The position numbers and the translations under genes were made by a program. From Patescibacteria group bacterium (lineage in GTDB: Bacteria; Patescibacteriota; Patescibacteriia; SG8-24; DYFX01): a stretch of 64,000 bases of DNA. Each line of letters begins with the position of its first letter. Within the stretch, counting starts at the first letter, position 1. The stretch lies in the NCBI GenBank assembly GCA_038062835.1, contig JBBTWH010000009.1, positions 8,257 to 72,256 on the forward strand, given 5' to 3'. This document shows positions 1 through 9,100 of the stretch, piece by piece. The notes beneath the pieces were generated by a model, which saw only the letters and a list, made by a program, of their open reading frames with translations, did no database searches and had not been told where the DNA came from.

Positions 1-1037
1 TCATGGAAGATGCGCAGGATGAAGTCGCTGACGATGCGGCTCTTGGATTCGCTGACGCGCTTGAGGTGGTTGCCGTACTGGGGGCTGGAGAACTGGTTGA
101 ACGCGCCGATGACGTTGGACAGGTAGCTGGCCGCGCGGCCGGGGACGGCAGACGAAGCGACCAGGTTGACGTTCACGTCCAATCCGATCTGGCCGAGCTT
201 CTCTTCCATCGATTTGACCATCTGTTCTTCGGAGGGAGACAGGCGATATTCCTTGGCCTTCTCGCCGGTCTTGGATTCGCTCTTCTTTTCGGACGCGAAA
301 GCCGCCATCAGACCGAGCTTCTTGCGTGCCTGCTCAAAGGAGCGTCCTTGCTGCATCAGGGAAGCGATCTTCAGGCCCTTGCCGCGCCATTCCTTTTTCG
401 CCGAACGCACCAGGACCTGGATGGCGGCGCCGTCGGCGGCGGCGACCTTGGCCAGCGCGTTGGTGAGGGCGTTCAGCGGATCGGTCTCGAGATTCTTGTA
501 GGTATGGAGAGGAAAGAAGCTCTCGCGCCCGAATACGAGATGTGCGCTGGCTACCTCGGCCTTGGGCTGGAAAAGATTGTAATCCACGGTCTCCTCGATC
601 TGCGCGAGCGGATACTGCGCGTGGATCTGCTGCTCCATGAATTCCTTCCGGGCCTTCGGCACGGCGACATAGAAGGTGACGAGGCCGTCCTTGGCGACGA
701 TCTCGAAACTCACGACGTCGCCGCGGCCCGAAAGCCACGCGCCGAAGCCGCGCTCCGCGCGCGACCCGCCGATGCTCTTGAAGACGCCTTCGGCCATCGC
801 GATAGCGGCCTGGATCTCATTGAGCGACTTGTCGCGCGTGCCGGCGTCCTTGTCGCCCGCCTCTTTGGGCACCGTAAGCGTCAGGACGACGTTGTCGAAG
901 CCGCGGGCGATCCGCGCGCGCGACGTCAGGACCTTCCGGATCACCCGGACGACGATCAGCAGGACGGCGAAACCGGCGGCGAGCGGGGCCGCCTTCAGGA
1001 GCCACGGCGCCAGCGCAGCGATGTCGAAGGAAATCAT
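1..1037 (-). CDS. hypothetical membrane-anchored protein, 3'-truncated at window edge (N-terminus MISFDIAALAPWLLKAAPLAAGFAVLLIVV...)
   Basis: ATG at 1037-1035 forms an ATGA overlap with the stop of the upstream minus-strand ORF. Own translation gives an N-terminal TM helix followed by a clean, non-repetitive protein with no stops to position 1. Absent from the ORF track because it runs off the window. The + strand ORF 3..1256 is its antisense. Confidence 0.55.
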   Translation of the reverse strand, partial: MISFDIAALAPWLLKAAPLAAGFAVLLIVVRVIRKVLTSRARIARGFDNVVLTLTVPKEAGDKDAGTRDKSLNEIQAAIAMAEGVFKSIGGSRAERGFGAWLSGRGDVVSFEIVAKDGLVTFYVAVPKARKEFMEQQIHAQYPLAQIEETVDYNLFQPKAEVASAHLVFGRESFFPLHTYKNLETDPLNALTNALAKVAAADGAAIQVLVRSAKKEWRGKGLKIASLMQQGRSFEQARKKLGLMAAFASEKKSESKTGEKAKEYRLSPSEEQMVKSMEEKLGQIGLDVNVNLVASSAVPGRAASYLSNVIGAFNQFSSPQYGNHLKRVSESKSRIVSDFILRIFH

Positions 1038-1513
1038 AAGGGTCCGCGCTTGCGCTTTTCCTCTTCCGCCAGCGCCATGATCTTGTCGGTCTTGATCTTG
1101 GCTTCCTGTATCAGGAAAAACCTGTTCACGCCGGGGATCATCTTCAGCCAGCCGAGGATGAGCCCAAGCGCCTCGCGCGCCTTCACCTTGGCGCCGCTCA
1201 CCATCGCGACGATCTTACCCGTCACGCGCTCCCCTTCCTTGCGGAACTTCGCCTGAAGAGCCGGGTTCATCCGGGAATAAACGTCCGCCAGATCCTCCTC
1301 GAGGATGCTTTCGACGCCGCGCGTCGTGGGATCCTTGCGCGCGGCGGACGATGCCGGGGCGGGCACCGGAATCGGAGCGGCCGGAACCGGGTCAAGCGCC
1401 CGTTCAGATCCGCCTGCAGGAACCTCAAAAGAGGCGCTTGTCTCCGGTGACTCAAGCGCTCGGCCGGGCAGTTTCGGCGTCTGTTCAAAGCTGGGAGTCC
1501 CTCCGTCGGCCAT
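1034..1513 (-). CDS. hypothetical protein (159 aa, Pro/Ala-rich N-terminus, conserved-looking C-terminus KIVAMVSGAKVKAREALGLILGWLKMIPGVNRFF)
   Basis: ORF track. Translationally coupled (ATGA) to the downstream gene. Confidence 0.5.
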   Translation of the reverse strand: MADGGTPSFEQTPKLPGRALESPETSASFEVPAGGSERALDPVPAAPIPVPAPASSAARKDPTTRGVESILEEDLADVYSRMNPALQAKFRKEGERVTGKIVAMVSGAKVKAREALGLILGWLKMIPGVNRFFLIQEAKIKTDKIMALAEEEKRKRGPL

Positions 1514-1625
1514 AGGCGTTTAACGGCTCCAGTATACCACGGTGGTCGGACCCTTGCCTTCCTGGAGGCCATTGGGCATAGTGAGGCCGTTGCGCAAAAG
1601 GAACTTCTCAAAAGGACCGGTGCCG

Positions 1626-2279
1626 ATGTCCAATCCCAAGCGTTCGCGTGCGTCAGGAAACGTCATACCGCTCGACGCCGGAAAAAAGGACCGAACGACG
1701 CCCATGCCGCTGACCGCGCCCGCGCCCCCTCCCATGATCGCCTGCCTCAAGGTCAAGGTCGTCATCGGCAAGGACGGCGAGGGAAAAGACCTGCCGCCGA
1801 GATGGGTCGAAGTGGCCAACTACCCGTCCGAGGGCGGCCTGGAGGCATTCTACGATCTCATCCATCGGGCGCCGGACGACAGCTTCCTGACCGCGGACGC
1901 AGCAGGCTCGATCCCCTTCGCCTCGATCGTAGCCATCCGACGACCCAAGGACTCGTGCGAGGAGTTCCCGGTCAAGGTGGGCGCTTCGCCCAACGGATCG
2001 CCGAAACTCCACTATCGGAGGCTCCGCGTGAAGTTCGGCCGCAACCGAGACGAAATCGTCGACATCGCCAACGTCCCTTGGAGCGAGAACGGCATCGCGC
2101 ACTTCGCTCTCTTGATAGGAAAGCATCGCCGCTGCGATTTCCTGACCTCCGACTACGGCTTCCTGAACGTCGCCGGCGTCGACCTCGAGGATCTGACGAT
2201 GCCTGGCGACCCGCCCACGGCCGCGCGCGCGAAGTTCCGGCCGGAAGACATCCTTCGCCTCGAGGATCTTCCGGAATGA
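1626..2279 (+). CDS. hypothetical protein
   Basis: ORF 1542..2279. ATG at 1626 preceded by aaaagg is the more likely start. Protein-like composition and followed by a terminator. Confidence 0.5.
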   Translation: MSNPKRSRASGNVIPLDAGKKDRTTPMPLTAPAPPPMIACLKVKVVIGKDGEGKDLPPRWVEVANYPSEGGLEAFYDLIHRAPDDSFLTADAAGSIPFASIVAIRRPKDSCEEFPVKVGASPNGSPKLHYRRLRVKFGRNRDEIVDIANVPWSENGIAHFALLIGKHRRCDFLTSDYGFLNVAGVDLEDLTMPGDPPTAARAKFRPEDILRLEDLPE

Positions 2280-2287
2280 ACGAAAGC

Positions 2288-2312
2288 CCCGACGTCTCCG
2301 GGGCTTTTTTCG
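2288..2312. terminator. rho-independent terminator between convergent genes (gccccgacgtctccggggc + TTTTTT)
   Basis: GC stem-loop followed by a T6 tract. It lies between the + gene ending at 2279 and cysS ending at 2316. Confidence 0.65.
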
Positions 2313-2315
2313 TCT

Positions 2316-3725
2316 TCAGGCCTTCTTGAGCCTGGGGCCTTGCTGCGTGTCCTCGACGATCCATCCCTTGGCCGCGATCTCGCCGCGCAGACGGTCGGAA
2401 GCGGCCCAGTCCTTGGCGTCACGCGCGGCCTGGCGTCCGTCGGCGAGCGCGCGCACGTCGTCGGGAGCTTCGGCGGCGGACGAGCACAGGTCGATGCCGA
2501 ACGTCTCGCCGAGCGCGCGCTCGATGAACGCGCGCGCGGCGGCGGCCGCGACCGGCGTCATGGAACCGTCGTCGAGCGCCCGGTTCGCGGACTTGGCCGC
2601 CTCGTTCACGACGGCGAGCGCCTTGGAGACGTTCATATCCTCATCCATCGCGGCTTCGAACGCCGCATCGTCTGCGGCAGATGCTGCCGAACCGCCGGTG
2701 CCGGCGGAGGCTCCGAGACGCGCCAGGAGGTCGCGATAATACGCGACGGTCTTCTCGGCGGCGTCGAGACCGGAGAGCGTGAAGTTCAGCTGGGTGCGGT
2801 AGTGGGCCGAAAGCAGCAGCCAGCGGACGGCGGCGGCGGAGTGTCCCTTGGCGAGCAGGTCGTTGAGCGTGAAAAAATTCCCTTTTGATTTCGACATCTT
2901 CTCGCCGTCGACGACGAGGTAGGTGACGTGCAGCCAGTGCTTCGAGAAGATCTTGCCGGACGCGCCTTCGGACTGCGCTATCTCGCATTCATGGTGCGGG
3001 AACTTCAGATCCTCGCCGCCGCAGTGCAGGTCGATCGTATCTCCGAGGAACTTCTTCGCCATGGCGGAGCACTCGATGTGCCAGCCTGGGTAGCCGAGGA
3101 TGCCCTGCGGGCCCGTCCATTGCATCACGTGATCAGGGTTGTGGATCCAAAGCGCGAAATCGGCGGGGTGGCGCTTGTCTTCCTTCACTTCCACGCGCGC
3201 GCCGGCCACCAGGTCCTCGACCGTGTTGCCCGAGAGCTTGCCGTAGCCCGGGAACGAAGCGACCGAATAGTAGACGTCGCCCTTCGGCGTGACGTAGGCA
3301 TTGCCTGCCTCGATCAGCTTCTCGATGAGCGCGACCATCTGCGGGATGTGCTCGGTCGCTCGGGGATGCTCTGCCCGCTTGAAGCCGAGCGCGTCAAGAT
3401 CGGCGAAAAAAGCCTTCTCGTAATGGGCCGCGATTCCGGCGGGCGTCCTGCCTTCTCGCCGGGCGGCGACTTCCATCTTGTCCTCGCCCTCGTCGGCGTC
3501 GTTCAGCATGTGCCCGACGTCGGTGATGTTCATGACCAGCTTGACCTTCTCGCCCTTGTGCTCCAAATACCGCCGCAGCAGGTCGACGGTCAGGAATGTC
3601 CTGAGATTTCCGATATGGGCGTCGTGGTAGACGGTCGGGCCGCAGGCGTAGACGGTGATTTCGCGGCCGGTTTCAGGCGGAAAATACCTCTCTTGCCGGC
3701 TCAGCGTGTCATGCAGTTTCAGCAT
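2316..3725 (-). CDS. cysS: cysteine--tRNA ligase
   Basis: Class I aaRS with HIGH motif ([13 protein letters not shown]) and KMSKS (KMSKSKGNF). N-terminus [14 protein letters not shown] aligns to E. coli CysS MLKIFNTLTRQKEE. The track ORF extends to a TTG at 3761. Confidence 0.93.
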   Translation of the reverse strand: MLKLHDTLSRQERYFPPETGREITVYACGPTVYHDAHIGNLRTFLTVDLLRRYLEHKGEKVKLVMNITDVGHMLNDADEGEDKMEVAARREGRTPAGIAAHYEKAFFADLDALGFKRAEHPRATEHIPQMVALIEKLIEAGNAYVTPKGDVYYSVASFPGYGKLSGNTVEDLVAGARVEVKEDKRHPADFALWIHNPDHVMQWTGPQGILGYPGWHIECSAMAKKFLGDTIDLHCGGEDLKFPHHECEIAQSEGASGKIFSKHWLHVTYLVVDGEKMSKSKGNFFTLNDLLAKGHSAAAVRWLLLSAHYRTQLNFTLSGLDAAEKTVAYYRDLLARLGASAGTGGSAASAADDAAFEAAMDEDMNVSKALAVVNEAAKSANRALDDGSMTPVAAAAARAFIERALGETFGIDLCSSAAEAPDDVRALADGRQAARDAKDWAASDRLRGEIAAKGWIVEDTQQGPRLKKA

Positions 3726-3767
3726 ATATGCTACAATAGCAGCAGAAACGCCCTCTAACAATATCGT

Positions 3768-4514
3768 ATGCCCATGAACACTGCACCCCCGGCTGCCAAG
3801 GCCCTGGGAGGCATGCCGGCTTCCAAAGGCGGCTCGATCCGCGCCCTCAGCGGAATCGTCGGAATCGTGCTCGGATTCGTAGTCGGCTACGGCGTCGGCC
3901 GCGTCTCGACCGGGACGCCGATCAATCCGCTGTCAGGCTCCACGAACGGAGTGGATCCGGCCGCGCTCGCCGAGGTCCAGCAGAAACTTATCGCTGCGGG
4001 CCTGCTGACGCCGCTCCTGGAAAATACGCCGGTCCTGTCAGGAAAGATCGTGGCTATCTCCGGAAGCAGCCTGACCCTTGAAGCGGACCTCAGCCGTTAC
4101 GATCCGCTCGGCGCCAAGGGGCTGCCGACGCGCCGCATCGTGACGCTGACGGACAAGACTGAGTATGCGCGCTATGAACAGCTCTCGGCCGAAGAGTTGC
4201 GTAAGGAACAAGAGGCGTTCGACGCCTCCCTCCGGAATCCGGAACCGGGGGTCCCGCCTCGTCAGCCGCCTGCGCCATTCAGGCAGACCGAGGCATCGTC
4301 TTCCGACCTGAAAATCGGAGACGCGGTGACGGTCCAGGCTGCTGGTGACATCCTTTCCGCCGAGTCGTTCGAAGCCGTACGCGTATCGATTTCACCGCAA
4401 CCGATCGCGGAACAGGTCCAGAACGCTCCCCCGGACATGCCGGAACCTCCGCCGCCGACCGCGCCCGACTCCGCAGCCGCCTCCACGGAGCCGCCGCCGG
4501 AAGTCGTCCGATAG
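3768..4514 (+). CDS. hypothetical membrane-anchored Pro-rich protein
   Basis: ORF track. N-terminal TM segment (GIVGIVLGFVVGYGVG) and a Pro-rich C-terminus. Divergent from cysS and followed by a terminator. Confidence 0.55.
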   Translation: MPMNTAPPAAKALGGMPASKGGSIRALSGIVGIVLGFVVGYGVGRVSTGTPINPLSGSTNGVDPAALAEVQQKLIAAGLLTPLLENTPVLSGKIVAISGSSLTLEADLSRYDPLGAKGLPTRRIVTLTDKTEYARYEQLSAEELRKEQEAFDASLRNPEPGVPPRQPPAPFRQTEASSSDLKIGDAVTVQAAGDILSAESFEAVRVSISPQPIAEQVQNAPPDMPEPPPPTAPDSAAASTEPPPEVVR

Positions 4515-4518
4515 AAGA

Positions 4519-4548
4519 AAAAACCGCCATCAGGGCGGTTTTTTTCTT
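4519..4548. terminator. bidirectional rho-independent terminator (AAAAAACCGCCatcaGGGCGGTTTTTTT)
   Basis: Perfect stem flanked by an A-tract and a T-tract. It lies between the convergent genes ending at 4514 (+) and 4555 (-). Confidence 0.75.
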
Positions 4549-4554
4549 CGGACC

Positions 4555-7500
4555 CTAACGCGACTTTTCTTCAAGAATCCGCAGGCGCCGCTCCAGGTCA
4601 TCCACCCGGCGCTTCAGGCTCACGGCGTCTTCCATCTCGGCTTCAAGACCATCGATCCTCAGATCCAGCTCCTTGGCGGCGTTGATGAGCACGAACGTCA
4701 AGGCGCTGGAGTCGAAATCGTACAATTCCGTCTTTTCGATATCGCCAGGATCCAGCTTGGCGTCGAACGTGTGGATGGTGTACGGGACGATCGGAAGAGC
4801 TTCCTGGGCGATGAGGCTGATGCCTTCCTCGCCTTTCGGCGTACCCGCCTTGCCGTTCAGCCGATAGCTGACGGGACGCAGCTGCCGAATCTTGTCGAGA
4901 CCGTCCGTAAAGTCCTGGATATCATCCTTGAGACGGCGATCGGAAATGATGCTCCACGTGCCGCTCGTAGGCTTGCCGGCGGAGTTGGCCGAGAGATGCA
5001 GCTGATAGGTCGCATCGGACACTCCGATGCCGACGTACCCGCCGTAGACGGTGTCTGCCCCGTTCCAGTTCATGAACAGCGTCGACACGGCTCCGCTGGA
5101 GTAGGCCTGGATCTCGTTCGCATCGATGGCGATGAAGTCCGCGCCGCCTTGCGAGACCTTCATAGGTGGGTAAGCGCCGGTGGCACCGAGGTCGTTGCCT
5201 CCCCTGACTTCCAGCTTCGCGTCCGGCGCTGACCAACCGATGCCGACATCTCCGCTGACGTAGGCCTTGCCCGCGCCGTAAAACGCATACGAGCTGCCGC
5301 TGCCATAGACGCCGTACGTCCCGCCGCTGAAGTATCCTCCGTACGTCGAGCCGCCCCCGTTGACGCCGGTAGATCCGCCCGAAGCGGCGACGGCGGTGCC
5401 GCCCGCGTTGACGACCACCCCCACTCCTGTCGTCGTGCCCCGCACGCTGACAGCCGTATCAAGAGCGGAGAAAGCGACACCCGTGTTGCTGACGCCGATA
5501 TACGTATTGATCTGCCTGCCGCGAGCGGCGACGGCGTCGAGCGTGTCTTCCTCGGCACCGCAGTTCACCCAAGCGCCGTTCTCGTAACATTTGAACTTAT
5601 TGCTGAGGGTGTCGTAGTACAGCATGCCGTTCGCGCCGGTCGGGGCGGCGGCCATGCTGCCCAGCACGAGCTCGCCGTTGACGGTCGCGCGGTCCGTCGT
5701 CGCATCTCCCAGCATCGAGCCGCCTGTCACGGCGAGAGCTCCGCCTACCGTGACCGTCGCGGCGTTGTCGGCGATGATGGAGTTGCCGAGCGCCGTCGCG
5801 CCGGTGAATTTCGGCAGGGTGTTGGCCGTGCCGCTGCCGGTGAAATCGTCGGCTGCGCTGGCGTCGCCGGTGTTGGCGATCGTCAGCGTATCGGTCGTAG
5901 CGTCGCCCGTGACGCTGATGCCGGCGCCCGCCGCCAGGTTCAGCGTGTCGGCGGCGGAATCCGGAAGCGGATCCGTGCCGGAAGGAGCGTTGATCGTGCT
6001 CCAGGCGTTCGGCTTGCAGTCCGACCACGCTCCGTTCTCGTAGCAGCGGAACTTATTGGAGGTGGAGTTGTAGAAAGTCATGCCGTTCACGCCGCCGGGA
6101 TCGGACGAAATCGAGCCGAGCGTCAGCGTACTGTTGTGCGTAACCGCGCCGACAAGCAATGCGTTGTAGTTCACGTAAAGCGAGGAAAAATGTCCGCCCC
6201 ATCCGGTCGCCGATTCGCCGAAGACGCCGTCCGCGCCACCCAGTCCTTGCCCGTGGACGCCCTTACCAAGCCCGCTTGCGGCGGTGTTGACGCCGTAGAC
6301 GCCCTGGCCCGAACCGGCCGCGGTGCCGTAGACGCCGTACAAAGTCCCGCTACCGGATACGCCCGTGCTTCCGGCGCCGGTGGACGTTCCGACAATGGCG
6401 TTGGGATCGATGGTGTAGGCCGAAACGGTCGTGGCTTTCACCCCTCCGTATACTTCGAGTTTATTGGCCGTGGGCGCGCCGCCGATCGCGACGCCGGAAC
6501 CGTCATCTTGGATCTGGGAGTCGCCGACGGTCGCGCCAGCGCCCGTGAACTTCGCGAGATAGTTGGGCGTGCCCGCGCCGCCAAGCGTCGCCGGGCAGTT
6601 CACGCCGTTCGCGCGGCAGACGCTCTGTCCAGCGACGGTCAGGTTTCCGGTAAAGGCACCCGTGCCTGCGACGGTCAGGTTGCCGGCCTGGTTGACGCTC
6701 AAGACCGTCGAGCTGTCGGCGTTGTTCCTGATGTTGAGGGCGTTGCCGGCCGTCGGGCTCACGATCTTGACCGAGTCGCCGGTACCGCCTGAACGGAAAT
6801 CAGCTCCGATGCCGGCCGCGCCGATACCTTGGGAGCGGATGCCGATGCCGCCCGTCGCGAAGACTCCGAAGGAACCGGCGGTGTTCGTGAAATATCCTCC
6901 GTAACCGGCCGCGCCGGTCGAGACTCCGTAGACGGCGGTGTTCGCGTTGCCCATCACGCCATAACCGGAGATGCCGGACTCGAAGCGTCCGCCGGCGGTC
7001 ACGCCGTTGCCGTAGACGCCATAGCTGGTCGTCGGATCGGTACCGACGCCGTACAGTCCGAAGCCGGTCGCGCGGGCGGCGATACCCGTCGCGTCAGCCG
7101 CGACGGCGCCGGATCCGACCGCGATGGTCGTCGTGGTCGTGCGCCCGCGGGCGGCGACCGTCTGCAACGTGTCGGCTTCAGTCACCACGCCGGTGATGGT
7201 GCCCGTGACGGTCAGATTGCCCCCGATCGTCGTGTCGCCGCCCGCCGCCACTCGGAACTCGTCAACCGACTCGTTCTGGAGCAGGAGCAGGCTGCCGACC
7301 GAGGCCGCGTCGATGTTGCCGTAGAGGAGGTTCTGTCCGGCGCCCACGCTCAAAGCCGCGGAGCCGAGCGAAGACATCCCCGAGAGCGCGTTATTGCCGG
7401 TGAACGTGCCGTTGGCGTTATAGAGCGCGACGTTCGTCGAAAGACGCGCGTCCGCGAGCGTGCCGCTCGAGATGTTGCTCGCGTTCAGCGTGGTCAGGCC

Positions 7501-8373
7501 CGCGCCGCTGCCGGTGAAGGAGTTAGCGACGTTGTTGAACGTGACGGCGCTGGAGTACGTGCCCGAGATACGTCCGCTCGGCACCGTGCCGCTCGTCAGT
7601 TGCGACGCGTTCATGGACGTCAGTCCCGCGCCGCTGCCGGTCAGCCCTCCGGATGACGTCAACGTGCCGCTGACGGTGAGCGCGCCCGGAATCACGACGT
7701 TGTTGGTGGCGGAAACCGTAAGCCCAGTCACGCCGTTCGTGACGAAGCTGATGGTGTCCGCCGTGCCGCGGAAGATGCCGGTGTTGGTGTCGCCGGAAAA
7801 GGTCAGTGACGGAGCCAGGTTGGTCCCTGCCGGGAGTGACAGCACGCCGGTTATGATGGACGTGCCGACGTTGTTGATGATGGTCCGCGCGGCACCGCCG
7901 GTCACGAACGACATCGAATCCGCTCCGCTGGAATACAGGCCCGTGTTGGTGTCGCCGATGTAGCTGTACGACGGAGCGCCGGCGCTTCCCGACGGAAGCT
8001 GCATCTGGCCGACCAGCGTGACGCGCAGGCGGTCGGCGGCGGCGTTCTGGAGCAGCAGCAGGCTGCCGTTGGTCGATGCGGCTCCGACGTTGCCGTAGAT
8101 AAGGTTGTCGGTCACGAGCGACATGACCGGAGCGAGAGCGCCGGTCTGGAAGGTGCCGCCGAGCTTCTGCGAGCCGGAAATGTTGATGCTGGCCGCCTGA
8201 GCGGCGCCAGCGATATCGACGTTCTGGATGACGGACGGATTGCAGTTCGGAGGCACGCAGGTCGGGGCCGCGAATTGCGCGTGAACGGAGCCCGCGACGG
8301 CCAAGACCGTCAGCGCTGAGAAAGCGGCGGCGATCCGGGTACGGACGTTCATGAGGACGCGCATAACTCGCAT
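4555..8373 (-). CDS. large secreted fibre-like surface protein (1272 aa) with C-terminal intramolecular-chaperone auto-processing domain (peptidase S74 type)
   Basis: Signal peptide MRVMRVLMNVRTRIAAAFSALTVLAVAGSVHAQ. Long Gly/Ser/Thr-rich repeat body with recurring motifs (SGAGLTxxNASxxxSGT; SNKF[RK]CYENGAW appearing twice). The C-terminus DRRLKDDIQDF..LDKIRQLRPVSYRL...ISLIAQEALPIVPY matches the endosialidase/tail-fibre chaperone motif SDxRLKxNI...L.P..Y.W...IAQEV. Confidence 0.8.
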   Translation of the reverse strand: MRVMRVLMNVRTRIAAAFSALTVLAVAGSVHAQFAAPTCVPPNCNPSVIQNVDIAGAAQAASINISGSQKLGGTFQTGALAPVMSLVTDNLIYGNVGAASTNGSLLLLQNAAADRLRVTLVGQMQLPSGSAGAPSYSYIGDTNTGLYSSGADSMSFVTGGAARTIINNVGTSIITGVLSLPAGTNLAPSLTFSGDTNTGIFRGTADTISFVTNGVTGLTVSATNNVVIPGALTVSGTLTSSGGLTGSGAGLTSMNASQLTSGTVPSGRISGTYSSAVTFNNVANSFTGSGAGLTTLNASNISSGTLADARLSTNVALYNANGTFTGNNALSGMSSLGSAALSVGAGQNLLYGNIDAASVGSLLLLQNESVDEFRVAAGGDTTIGGNLTVTGTITGVVTEADTLQTVAARGRTTTTTIAVGSGAVAADATGIAARATGFGLYGVGTDPTTSYGVYGNGVTAGGRFESGISGYGVMGNANTAVYGVSTGAAGYGGYFTNTAGSFGVFATGGIGIRSQGIGAAGIGADFRSGGTGDSVKIVSPTAGNALNIRNNADSSTVLSVNQAGNLTVAGTGAFTGNLTVAGQSVCRANGVNCPATLGGAGTPNYLAKFTGAGATVGDSQIQDDGSGVAIGGAPTANKLEVYGGVKATTVSAYTIDPNAIVGTSTGAGSTGVSGSGTLYGVYGTAAGSGQGVYGVNTAASGLGKGVHGQGLGGADGVFGESATGWGGHFSSLYVNYNALLVGAVTHNSTLTLGSISSDPGGVNGMTFYNSTSNKFRCYENGAWSDCKPNAWSTINAPSGTDPLPDSAADTLNLAAGAGISVTGDATTDTLTIANTGDASAADDFTGSGTANTLPKFTGATALGNSIIADNAATVTVGGALAVTGGSMLGDATTDRATVNGELVLGSMAAAPTGANGMLYYDTLSNKFKCYENGAWVNCGAEEDTLDAVAARGRQINTYIGVSNTGVAFSALDTAVSVRGTTTGVGVVVNAGGTAVAASGGSTGVNGGGSTYGGYFSGGTYGVYGSGSSYAFYGAGKAYVSGDVGIGWSAPDAKLEVRGGNDLGATGAYPPMKVSQGGADFIAIDANEIQAYSSGAVSTLFMNWNGADTVYGGYVGIGVSDATYQLHLSANSAGKPTSGTWSIISDRRLKDDIQDFTDGLDKIRQLRPVSYRLNGKAGTPKGEEGISLIAQEALPIVPYTIHTFDAKLDPGDIEKTELYDFDSSALTFVLINAAKELDLRIDGLEAEMEDAVSLKRRVDDLERRLRILEEKSR

Positions 8374-8390
8374 GATTCCCTTCTATCTTA

Positions 8391-8897
8391 TCACTCTTTG
8401 CGCCCGCTGAATATCATCATCGCGGCGATGGGCGCGACCAGCCAGACGAACTTGGCGGGGTCGGAAACGAAGACCATCCTGGTCTGGTCCGAGAAGACCG
8501 TCATGGCCGATTCCGGCAGGAACGTCAGGCCGACGCTGATCAGCAATCCGACGTGCAGGACGCTGAACATCACGGTCTGAAGGAGGCGTCCTCCCCCGCC
8601 GGTATCGAGCGAGCGGATGAGCGCGTTCTTCGAGAGGAAGAAGAACAGCAGGACGAAGACGCCAAGGAAGGTGCCGATCTTGAACGCGAAGTCGTTGACG
8701 GAGACCGCCGCCGAGATGTCTCGGATGTAGGGGGCGTTGGTGACGACCGCCAGGCCCATGTAGATGGAGACCATGATGACGACGATGCGGTCGCGGCCGA
8801 GCGTCAGGCCGTAGAGCAAGGCGCCGATCATGAAGAACAGCAGCAAAAATACGTCCCACGTCGGCGCCGAAAAATCCAACTGCCCGAAAAAAGGCAT
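8391..8897 (-). CDS. polytopic membrane protein (about 4 TM), hypothetical
   Basis: ORF track. Strongly hydrophobic helices. Lies 17 bp upstream of the fibre gene on the same strand. Confidence 0.6.
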   Translation of the reverse strand: MPFFGQLDFSAPTWDVFLLLFFMIGALLYGLTLGRDRIVVIMVSIYMGLAVVTNAPYIRDISAAVSVNDFAFKIGTFLGVFVLLFFFLSKNALIRSLDTGGGGRLLQTVMFSVLHVGLLISVGLTFLPESAMTVFSDQTRMVFVSDPAKFVWLVAPIAAMMIFSGRKE

Positions 8898-9100
8898 ACT
8901 GAGGACAGTATACCTTATATTCGCCTATTTTCGGCTAACTTGTGGGGATAAGTCGGCGCTCCGGGTCAGTCATCCGTTCGCTGGCGCCGGGAAGAGGAAT
9001 GCCCCTCTTTGAACGGACGCTGCGCGAACGGACGCCTGACCCTCCGCTTTGGAGGAGACGGGGGAGTTGCTATCACCCCGGCGGAGGCCGGGGTCCACGC

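Noticed and set aside
3-1256. 417-aa + strand ORF at the window start
   Set aside because: Asp/Arg/Gly/Leu-rich low-complexity translation typical of an antisense frame in high-GC DNA. The opposite strand encodes a clean protein with TM helix and ATGA coupling.
4555-8373. Prophage or phage-tail remnant around the S74-domain fibre gene
   Set aside because: No capsid, terminase, integrase, tail-tube or baseplate genes in the flanks. The neighbours are cysS and a membrane protein, so the S74 chaperone domain is interpreted as a cellular fibre module.
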